Positions 20,236-29,785 of a stretch of DNA of 64,000 nt are shown in pieces. A model generated the notes under the pieces. The model ran no database searches, had not been told where the DNA came from, and saw nothing but the letters and a program-made list of their open reading frames with translations. Both the position numbers and the translations under genes were made by a program. Origin of the DNA: Cyanidioschyzon merolae. Taxonomy: Eukaryota. The stretch lies in NCBI GenBank assembly GCA_000091205.1, contig AP006496.2; one strand, given 5' to 3'. The first letter of the stretch is position 1, and each line of letters begins with the position of its first letter.

Positions 20236-21299
20236 GGTTTGCTGAAGCATGCACTGGAATGCGCAAGCTAGCATCTCGAACGTAGTGCACAGGTCGAGAT
20301 CGCTGGGTCAGGTATCAAAGCCTCGTGCGCCTTCACATCGAAACATGTGCAGTGATCGCGCTGGAGCATCGCGCCTGGCAACTGGTATAGCAGGTGTTTA
20401 TCTACAAAGCGCTGCGCTCTTTTCAATGCGCTCACCCGGATACCTCCAGATACGAACGACAAACGGGGATAATCGAACCTTGATTCGGTTGCAGAGCGCG
20501 GCAATCGTCACCAGCAGCCTTTGAAAGCGCCTGAGCTCTCCTCAGTACCGAGTTCCGCTGTGTATCCTTCGCTCAGGTGTCCATAGTCCAGATGACTGCG
20601 TTCTCCATTTTCGAGATACGGAGCTGATAAACGTGCTAATGGATATGCACTCGGCAAGCTAAACGCCAGCTCTGTAACGGAGATGTAGAAGAACAGGATT
20701 CAAGAGTCGCGAGGCATCCGTCAGCGAGGACTGGTTCACAGCCACCGACAATCTCTATAGGCAACGCAGCGTCGGACGGCCTGCTTGCTTCATGGTGCGA
20801 GCATGCTCATAAACACTCTATGACATGTTGTACTCGTTTGCATTCGTTGCCGATGCTTTCGATACATACAAAACCACAGGTGGCAGTGGAGAGGCAACCA
20901 TGACGCGCCTCCACTGGAAGCCTCTGAGCTGATGCCCACTCCATACAGCATGGAAACAGGCGACGAGGTACCCGCAACCTCCAGCGCATTATCGAACGCT
21001 GGACCCGAAACGCTTCCCGCTTCATCATCACCTTTGAAGGCTCAACGTCAGCGCCAACCACAGCAGTGCAGCAGAGGCGAGCGTCCGTCCTTCGCTAACT
21101 AGCTCATACAGCAGTCGCATGATCGGAGATGTTGCTGCTGTAGCGCTCCATGCTTCATTCCCTCCTGGGTGCAATCACTCTTGTGTGCACGTAAGATGCC
21201 TCCGCATCGAAACAAAAGCCGTTTTCGCTGGCTTAACTCATCGTTTCGATACTGAATGCGCTCGAAGCATACCCCAAGGCGCAGTGAACGGAACACGCG

Positions 21300-21803
21300 C
21301 TAGTCTCTTCGCACATACAGATCCACCTCGAAACGCACAGCACCAGAGCAAACCGGGAACCTACGTGTCCGTACGCGTGTCACAAAACTCCCCTTCTCAA
21401 GCCGCATACAAGCGACATCGGGAATCAGCCAGATCTCTTGACCCAGACGTCTGGGTTGCGGGGTAACCAGCACCTCAACGTCCGCACTTGCTGACAGCTC
21501 TGTGGCTATCCGAAACCCCGCGTTCCCCGGGAGACGCCAGCACTCGACTTTTGGTGTATGCGGGCTTGCTTCGGTTCCTTCCGAGCGTCTGCTTTCGAGT
21601 TTTGTGTTTACAACCGACCCAGAGACGACTCCTGTTTCGGGAAAGCGTCGTCTTAGGGTGTCGCGCTCTTCGCGACGCTTCACAGCCTGACGGTGACGAC
21701 GCCCCCGAGTGTGTACGAGGTAGTTCGCCTCGCTGGGGTGGACGGTGCGGCAGAGCTTGCACTCGACGGCACCCAGCCGGTTTTTGAGTGCGTAGGCGTC
21801 CAT
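21300..21803 (-). CDS. U1/matrin-type C2H2 zinc-finger protein resembling the SF3a subunit 2 (SAP62/Prp11) zinc-finger exon. Probably one exon of an intron-containing gene.
   Basis: ATG at 21803 verified. 'YALKNRLGAVECKLCRTVHPSEANYLVHTRGRRHRQ' closely parallels SF3A2 'YFMKNHLGSYECKLCLTLHNNEGSYLAHTQGKKHQ'. SF3A2 has ~45 aa before this motif that are absent here. The downstream part does not align. Confidence 0.45.
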   Translation of the reverse strand: MDAYALKNRLGAVECKLCRTVHPSEANYLVHTRGRRHRQAVKRREERDTLRRRFPETGVVSGSVVNTKLESRRSEGTEASPHTPKVECWRLPGNAGFRIATELSASADVEVLVTPQPRRLGQEIWLIPDVACMRLEKGSFVTRVRTRRFPVCSGAVRFEVDLYVRRD

Positions 21804-21835
21804 TCCGGGCCCAGCCTCAAGGCTGTCAGGTGCCT

Positions 21836-24556
21836 ATGGCAGGCCGCTCCGACGCTGAGGAGCAACACGTGCCCAGCGGTGGCACGCCAGCAGACTTCCA
21901 GTGGCCAAACTTGCGTATCCCGGGCTTCCGCCTGCTATCACCAAAAGAATCCAGCGTCACGCAAGACTTTAGTCGGAACACGCCCTGGGAGGACCTCGTG
22001 TACGCTTTAGAAGAAGCCGCAAAGGCCTTGGTTACGCAGGTGGCAACTCGTGGTACCGTACCCGGAGCCGTACGACAGTCGTTGACGGTCGCACTGCCAC
22101 CAGCACTGGACCGGACACCCTGGACACCTTGGACGACCTGCAGGGAAGACGCATCGACAAGCACTCGTGTGTCTGCAGAGCTCTACCTCGTATGCGATGA
22201 AACCTGGCAGGTGGCGCAACCTCTGGGGCTCGTGAGACTCTTTGGCGTTCCTGCGTACTGGCTACTCCGTTTGACGCCAGCACTATCGTCATATCGTGAC
22301 TGGGTTCAAGCTGCAGTTGGCGCACTTTTCTTCGTTGCCACGACCTGTCTACAGACCGATCAAGACCAGCCTGGTGAAAGCGCGTGCGTTCTATGGCAGT
22401 CTCGCGGAGCGGGGCGCCAGTGTATGACACCCGACTGTACCTCAGACGTCGAGACTGGTCCCAGGAGGAAGTGCACGACGCTCAACAAGCGAAACGGAAG
22501 CACACACTCTGTAGAGTCGACTGAGCCCCAGGACCGTAAGCACTGCACCAGCGTCTCGATGACAATGATGCCCACGACAGTTTTCGTTGAAACAAGCGCT
22601 ACGATGACGGAAGCTGCAACCGAGTACCGCGGACTAGGTATTGGTGATGGGTTTGCATTGCGGCATTACGAAATGCGCGTGCTATCTACACCTCCTGCGA
22701 ATATCGAGGATCTGGAATCCTTGTTGGCATTCTTTCGCCAGCATATCGTAACATCTTCGCTCTCGCCAGGCGCCACGGAGACGAACAGGAGCATCACACA
22801 AGAGCGGCTTGAGATTGCCCTGACCTATGAGGTGGTGCTGGAACCCGAAGCGGTCGAGTCCGAGGGCTTAGTCACATCGCCTCTTGTAGATGCGGATGCC
22901 CTGCGGCTTGCGTTGATGCTGCGATGGCCACTGAGGTCGCTCGCTGCCTACGAAAGCATGGATCTGCTGGATGCACCAGAGTGGATCCTCTGGTTACCGA
23001 GCGAAAGCCTGGACGCCGAACCCATGTCCAGCATGCCACGGAAAGTACTGTCGGTGCCGCACTGGACACAGATGCGACTGTTGAGACAACTCGTCAGACG
23101 ACTTGTGCAACTGATTCGCAACCTCCGCTCCGTATCGATCAGTGATACTGAGCAGTACCTGGATCTAGAGCAGCCCAGCAGGATGTTCACGTCAAGGCAC
23201 CTGATTTGTCCGCTCTTGGAAGCGTTGAGAGCGTGCGTCGACGACGCCTTGATTGCAAATTCATGGCCAAAAGGGCTGCACAGCGAGAACGACGGGACGG
23301 TTGCGGCAGAACTTCGTGTGACACTAGAGAGCTTGAATAGACTGGCGAGTGCGAATCTGCAGAAATCAACACCGGAGGCGACACCTCTTGACGCCGCAGC
23401 GGCTAGCGTAGAATCTCAACGGGTTCCAGTGGAAAGCACATGCCCAGCTGCCAGGAATCGAGGAGCCGTCGCATCTGAAAAGAGCGCTGGAGCACAGGCT
23501 CCCTCTGCTACGCCTGTTTATGCGCTGAACGCTGGAATTCGCGGAGAGGCCGGTGCGGTAGCTCTTGAGCAAACGGCAGTAGCGTTTGCGTCCGATGCAT
23601 TCGGATCGCAGGCATACACAGTACGGGTGCCGGGACGCGCTTTGGGCTCCGTCAGCCCTGGGCAAGGGGTTGCTTCAGCTTCGCTCCCGTCACCTGAGCC
23701 AGCGCCTGTACCCAGTAGACCGGGCCACCTGCAGACGGCCGGCACACGAAAGCAACTGCATGGTGCGGCAAGCGAGCATGCTGTAAAGTCGGATCCTGAG
23801 GCGCTAGGCCAGGCTGAAGTGGATTCTGATGCGCAAATGCCGGTTGCCGCGGATGACACCTCGACGGAAGGCATCTTTTCTGTTGAAAACGATCCACATC
23901 GGTGCGCATCCCTATACGACGCAAATCCAGGGGCCAACGGGACACCCACGGGCAACGCGACTGCCAAAGCTGAGGCATCTTTCTTTCCGGATGACTCGGA
24001 ACCAAGTCGACAGCAATGGCAGAGACTGCTCGAGTTCGGGGCAATGCAGTGTGTGAGAGCGCTCTGGCAAGCGATCTGCTGCCAGTCTAGCATCGAACGC
24101 CAGTATGTAACGGGCTTTCGTCGCTGTTTCGAGTCCACAGCGGCTGCGTGTGCTGCGCTTTTCCAGTCCTCTGTGCCAGAGACTGGTGTTCTGGGTGCGC
24201 ACCTGCAGCACAGCATGGACGAGATCGATCAACTGCTGACGCTTTGGGTGCACGTGCAACTTTTGCGACGAGTCTTCCAGGATCGTATGGAGCTTTTAGA
24301 TGAATTGCTTCAGCATGGGCAGCTGACGCTTCCGGGGCCGTATGCTTCGCCAACAGCAGCACCGGTGCAAACAGCACTTCTGGAGTACTTGACGCGCTCG
24401 ATCTTTGACCTCGATGAGGCGGCTGTTCTGGAAACCCCGCACATGCGGGAATATGTCTTGGAAGCGCGAACCGAAGACAATGAGGAGCGCGCTCGCCTCC
24501 TCTACCGACTGACTGGTGAACATTGTGTGCTCGCAACTGTCCACGACAGCAACTGA
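21836..24556 (+). CDS. Hypothetical protein (907 aa), low-complexity-rich, no recognised domain
   Basis: Track start 21788 is GTG. First ATG at 21836. More than 900 stop-free codons. It starts only ~30 bp from the divergent SF3a2-like ORF. Confidence 0.4.
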   Translation: MAGRSDAEEQHVPSGGTPADFQWPNLRIPGFRLLSPKESSVTQDFSRNTPWEDLVYALEEAAKALVTQVATRGTVPGAVRQSLTVALPPALDRTPWTPWTTCREDASTSTRVSAELYLVCDETWQVAQPLGLVRLFGVPAYWLLRLTPALSSYRDWVQAAVGALFFVATTCLQTDQDQPGESACVLWQSRGAGRQCMTPDCTSDVETGPRRKCTTLNKRNGSTHSVESTEPQDRKHCTSVSMTMMPTTVFVETSATMTEAATEYRGLGIGDGFALRHYEMRVLSTPPANIEDLESLLAFFRQHIVTSSLSPGATETNRSITQERLEIALTYEVVLEPEAVESEGLVTSPLVDADALRLALMLRWPLRSLAAYESMDLLDAPEWILWLPSESLDAEPMSSMPRKVLSVPHWTQMRLLRQLVRRLVQLIRNLRSVSISDTEQYLDLEQPSRMFTSRHLICPLLEALRACVDDALIANSWPKGLHSENDGTVAAELRVTLESLNRLASANLQKSTPEATPLDAAAASVESQRVPVESTCPAARNRGAVASEKSAGAQAPSATPVYALNAGIRGEAGAVALEQTAVAFASDAFGSQAYTVRVPGRALGSVSPGQGVASASLPSPEPAPVPSRPGHLQTAGTRKQLHGAASEHAVKSDPEALGQAEVDSDAQMPVAADDTSTEGIFSVENDPHRCASLYDANPGANGTPTGNATAKAEASFFPDDSEPSRQQWQRLLEFGAMQCVRALWQAICCQSSIERQYVTGFRRCFESTAAACAALFQSSVPETGVLGAHLQHSMDEIDQLLTLWVHVQLLRRVFQDRMELLDELLQHGQLTLPGPYASPTAAPVQTALLEYLTRSIFDLDEAAVLETPHMREYVLEARTEDNEERARLLYRLTGEHCVLATVHDSN

Positions 24557-25198
24557 TGCGAATCGTGAATACTCGGGCGAACTCGATGCGGGATCGACCT
24601 CGCTATGCCGAGTCTGTACGAGCGCAGCCACCGCTGCCTTCTTGCTGACGGCAGATTGATGAAACGACATACGACTCCGTTGTTGAACGCGTATCCGAGG
24701 CGGAATGCACGGTTCGAGTGCTTTCAACGGCCTACCACGGTCCAGCATCCGGGACAGAGCAAGTCTAGGCACGTTCACGCCGGACGCAGCGTCGACGCTT
24801 CGAGCCTGACCCGGTGATACGTTGTTCGGTGACTGATTTTGGGTACCTCGTTCAGAAAAAGCGAGCTAGCCAGCTGCGGATCATTGAGAAAGGGATACTG
24901 CCCTTCCCTTGAGACAATACATCTATTTATGCATGTATTCGGCTGATGGAAAACTTCTGCAGTCTTCAAGTGCCTCAAATCGATCAAATATGCGATACGC
25001 CAATCGTCTCGAATAAAATCAAGATTCTTGTCGCTCGTTGGAGGCTGTGTTTATCGCGGGCTCGCGAATGAACAGCGCGGGAAACTTGGAGCACATACAC
25101 ATAAATAAACATACATTCATAAACAAAAATCTATCGTCGAGCGCCAATCTACGCTGAGGTAAACGCAGAGGTCATGACAGCATCAGGACCCGCACGGT

Positions 25199-27253
25199 TT
25201 ATGTGGCTTCATCGGATACCCTCTGCCAGACTTGTGCGAGCAGGCTTCGATCAAGCTGCCATACACTGGACAAGAGCGCAAGGCTCACCCCAATTGTCCA
25301 TCCGAATCCAACCTGGGGAACGTATTCACCGCCGTTGCCACTCTCTCCGACCTTTTCCGCGTGATACTTCTCGAAAAGATCACCACTCCGAAGCCAGCCC
25401 TGGTATACAGAACGCAGAAATCGGATGGCTATCTGCAAAGAAAGTTCGCGAGCTCGGTTGGAGATTTGCTCATTCGCGGAAAACTGCGTCGCTAGCGACG
25501 CAAACGCTTCGTGCAGCAGGAGTTGCACGGGTGGCCACGCGTTCGGGTAATCCCACTGTTGACCCGAATCGGTCACCAATGTTGCAACAACGCCTCCGTT
25601 TTGCAGGAGACCACTCTCCTCGAACGACTGGAGCACGCCACGCGCGATGGAAGCCGCTTGTTCCGATTCGATATGCTCGAGGATGCCGCTCCAGAGCGGG
25701 AAAAAGTTGCTCGAACTCACCGTCTGCCGCCAATCTGCAACCGTTTGCAGGGTCGTTGTATCGGCCTCCAGGTCGTAGTCGATCCATTGATCCCGGCTTG
25801 GTACGTATAAATACTTTTGCATCGTAGAGACCCGCTGTTGGACTCGATCAAGCAAGTCTCTTGTCACTGGGTCATTGGGGACCTCCTCATTTCCGGGTAA
25901 CCGCTGTTCGAAAATGCTACCTTTTTCCGTTTCCGGTCGGCTACCGCTGATATACCATCGGTAGAGAAAAGCGAGATTGCGTTCCATGCGAAGCATGAAA
26001 CTGTTGAAACACACAGGAATAATCAACTGCGTTCGGATGGAGCACATGCTTCGCCGGTCGCGCAGCCAGCGCGACGAAAAGTCCCATCCGCTTTCCGCTG
26101 CTGCAGTCAAGGCGATGAAGAGCTCACTCCGCCGCGGATCACCGAGAAGTTCCATCGAACAGTCACTTGCAAGTTTCGAGTCCTCGTAGAAGGATTCCGG
26201 TCGCGGTCCTTCGGCTGCGGGCGCATGGTAACGATTTAGGGTTCCCCCTGCGCGCATCTTTACCGTCCGTTGCTCCATCATGAAGCTGTATTCACGCTCC
26301 AGAAGCGGCAACGCTCGCCCCAAAAATGTCATCACGTCCCATCCGGCATGTGCATGCTCTGCGATGCAGCGCACCATATCCGAAAGTAGTGGTGGTTGGG
26401 TACGATTCAGATAGTAGATGCGGGCACCGTTGGGCACAAAGCCGAACTGCTCTACCAGATCGAGAAGATTCTCAACGCAGCAGCGCGCAGTCTCCCACAT
26501 ACCGCAGACCAGAAGGCCGCGAACGATGAAGTAGGTATCCCAGTAGTAGCACTCGCGGAATCGACCACCAGCCACGATGAATGGATGTTTCAGGGGCAGC
26601 AGACTGAAGCGTTCAGGTTCTCTGAACACCATCGGCGAGGTCTCGCGACCGAGTTTTCGCCAGCGTGCGACCATATCCATGAGCCAGTTTCCCGCATCGA
26701 CATCCTGTGCTTTCATCCAGCGCCAGATCTGGTGCAGCAACGGTGGCGAACCGGTCGCTGTCGTTCCAGGTTCAGGGTCCAGCTCCAACTGCGGCAAGTC
26801 CCGCGGGATCCAGGCAAGCAAGTCGCCACCAGGCGCGTAGTCAAAGTGCTCTAACAGAAAGCGACGTACCTCCTCGAAGTCGGTGTCAGGTCCCTCGACA
26901 CGTGCTAGCCGAAAGGTGGGCACAGGGGGCTCGCGCTCGGCCTCGCGGAGCCCGCTGGTTGCTTCGCCTGGGCCCGCCAGCGGCTCCTCAACAACGCGGC
27001 GACCGAACTCAGCGTCCCAGTACTCTATGATCCGCTCCGGTATTCGCCCAGGTAGCAGAGGCAGATCCACAAAGTGTTTTGAGTCAGCGAAAATGCGCAG
27101 TCGCTGAACGACTGCGAGCAGCGACTTTTCACAGCCGGCACTAGTTTCAGCGCAGTTGGCGGCACAGTATACAACCGAACTCGGAAATGCAGGCGCCAAC
27201 GCGCCCAGACGAAAAGCCATATGCACGTACGCTTCGATGACTTTCAATGTCAT
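25199..27253 (-). CDS. Trehalase (glycoside hydrolase family 37)
   Basis: Track start 27295 is GTG. ATG at 27253. Both GH37 signatures are present: 'PGGRFRECYYWDTYF' and 'QWDYPNAWPP'. Confidence 0.85.
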   Translation of the reverse strand: MTLKVIEAYVHMAFRLGALAPAFPSSVVYCAANCAETSAGCEKSLLAVVQRLRIFADSKHFVDLPLLPGRIPERIIEYWDAEFGRRVVEEPLAGPGEATSGLREAEREPPVPTFRLARVEGPDTDFEEVRRFLLEHFDYAPGGDLLAWIPRDLPQLELDPEPGTTATGSPPLLHQIWRWMKAQDVDAGNWLMDMVARWRKLGRETSPMVFREPERFSLLPLKHPFIVAGGRFRECYYWDTYFIVRGLLVCGMWETARCCVENLLDLVEQFGFVPNGARIYYLNRTQPPLLSDMVRCIAEHAHAGWDVMTFLGRALPLLEREYSFMMEQRTVKMRAGGTLNRYHAPAAEGPRPESFYEDSKLASDCSMELLGDPRRSELFIALTAAAESGWDFSSRWLRDRRSMCSIRTQLIIPVCFNSFMLRMERNLAFLYRWYISGSRPETEKGSIFEQRLPGNEEVPNDPVTRDLLDRVQQRVSTMQKYLYVPSRDQWIDYDLEADTTTLQTVADWRQTVSSSNFFPLWSGILEHIESEQAASIARGVLQSFEESGLLQNGGVVATLVTDSGQQWDYPNAWPPVQLLLHEAFASLATQFSANEQISNRARELSLQIAIRFLRSVYQGWLRSGDLFEKYHAEKVGESGNGGEYVPQVGFGWTIGVSLALLSSVWQLDRSLLAQVWQRVSDEAT

Positions 27254-29785
27254 GGTGCTCAGGTTACGGTACTGAACAGTTGCATAGTACCACACGTTCT
27301 ATACGTCAACTGATGGCGAATGCGTCTCGCGGAGCTCGCGTTTCGTCGATCGAGAAGCGCATCGATGCGATTCTCGATCAATAGAGCTGGTGCTTTCCGC
27401 TGCTGACGCTGCCGCCTTTTTTTGGATAGGCGTGGTGTGCTTTGGCATTTGTGAGCTTGGCAACCTGGTGTGCCACTGGCGCTTGCGACAGGCCCCATAC
27501 GGCTTGGTTTTCGAGCTTGTGTCGTGTCCGAACGACACACATTTGAGGTACTGGTGTGGGCAGGATGTACATTGATGACGCAGATAATCGCAGGCATCCG
27601 GTTTATGCTCGTGGGCATTGCGCAGCTGATGGTCTGGGTTCGGGCGAAGCATCGGCAGTCTCTGAAGGAATTTGGAACCCTCTATCCCTGGATGAAGAAA
27701 CGCATGCTTCCTTTCGTTTGGTGAATGCGCAGCGGGTCACGAAATTTGTGTGCGTGCTGATGGGCAAGCCCTGACTTGGAGGTACGAGGCCGGTGCGCTT
27801 GTGACTTTTCGTCACTTTTGGATGATGGTGGATTCGGTGATCGTTGGAAACCGTGTAGTGAAGTGCACCCATACTCGTGATGGTGCTCGATAGTCGAGCA
27901 ACCAAAGTGCACTCGGATATTTTTCCCAGAATACCGTGGCGGCGACTAGACATCACCCTGAATATGAACGTTTAGGGTACGCGCTTGTTTTACGTACGTA
28001 TTAGGAAACCGTAGCATGCTGTGCGGCTTCGTTGCGCACTATTCACGGCCAGCATGCCGTCACCAGAGCACCTGGTGCCGGCTGCAGCCTCCAGCTTCTG
28101 GTACCGATCGTTTGATAGCGCCAGTCAAGATGGATCGTTTCTTGACCTCAGCTCTATCACTAGCGTTTTCGACAAAACGTCATCAATATCAGAAGACGAC
28201 TGGTGATGGAGGCGCGACCGGCGGAGCTGACGCGGTCCACCTTTCTGGGACATCCTCTCAGGGTCGAATTGTACAAAGAGAAGCTGCAACCGATAGCAGG
28301 GGGCCGGTCGAAAAAGGCTAGGAGACGTCTGTGATTGGATATTAATTTACCCTAAATGGTCGTGAAACGTTTTCTTTCCATTGAACGGTAAGGGATAGAG
28401 AAAAAATCCGTCTCTCGAGCAGTTTTACTACTGGAAGGGAAAAATCAGCAGGTGGCTAACGAACATCCGCGTGCTTAAGGAATGGCGGGTGGCGTAGGGG
28501 GTGCAGATAAGTTTACGGTTTGGTGCTTGCACAACTACATACAAGTTAGGCTCTTGAAACTAATCTTATAGAGTAGATAAGAATACAGTATGTGCTTTTG
28601 TCGGGTGCCTCGATCGTGCCAGGCGAGATGCGTCGGCCGAACGTCGTGGCAGATATGGACGCTACCTGTGTGCTATGCCTCTGTCAAGATCACCGGGTCC
28701 GAGACAGTAGCAGGCACCATAACTTGGGCAATGACGATAGCATGGAAATGACTTGAACGGTCATCAGTACCAGCCCATGACGCCGGAAAGAAGCAAAATT
28801 CATGTCAGTTCCTTATTCCAGCGTCCGTGCAGCATGCATAACAAGCATAGAGAATAAACTTACATCCGTGTTCGGGAACACTACCGTATTTAGTTTGGTT
28901 ACGATCAATACAACTAACGAAACTCTTCAAGGCTAGTGTGATGCATACCTCATCCACACAAGCGTAAGCCGCAGAGAACGCTACGCTTTTGATAGAAGCG
29001 TCGAGAGGTATCGTGCCAGGCCCCAACAGCTCCATGTATGTCAGGGCGGTACTGCGATGGGCAGTAGCGTCGGCACCAGCGACATAGCCTATAGCAAGAG
29101 ACTACTCTACGTGAGTTTTCGATTTAGGACACCTGATTTTTGCTGCTGCGCGATGCGAACACGCAAGTGCCAAGGCGGGGTGTCGGACACGTGTCCTTCA
29201 TCGATCGGTGAGGCGTCTCGCGCGGTGCACGCATCGCGCTCGGTGAGCGCATCTGGGAGATCAGGCAGACATGAGACACGACATGTATGTCGCCGTTGAA
29301 GGGAAATGCGATCGCGATCTTTAGCGTGTTGCTCTCAAGTTGTATTTGCGTTAAAGTCATAGCAGAGTATACTTTTCAGGTCAATTATGTTTCAACCCTC
29401 AGTTTAGTTTATTCAAGTGATTTTTCGCGGTTTATATCAGAGGCGTTGATGGAGCGTTCTTTTTCAAAAAAACAAAAAAGGAAAGCTATGAAAAAGCAAG
29501 TCGGCGATCCTGGAGGCCCAGGGTCGCCGGCTGTCAGAAAAAAAAAACAAAAACAGTGCCGATTCCAGAAGAAAAGCAAGAGAAAAAGAAGCAAAAGGGG
29601 AGGCCTTACGTCGAAGGCGGCAAAAAAGACAACTGTACGACGAGATGGTGGTTAAAGGCTGTCTTCTTAAACAAATCAAGGATCCCCACAGGGAAACGTT
29701 GCGATACGCTATCGAAAAACGTGTCGACTCGTACTCGAAGAGTATTGTCAAGGCGTCGTCAGGACTGATGCATTTGTCGAGGTAG

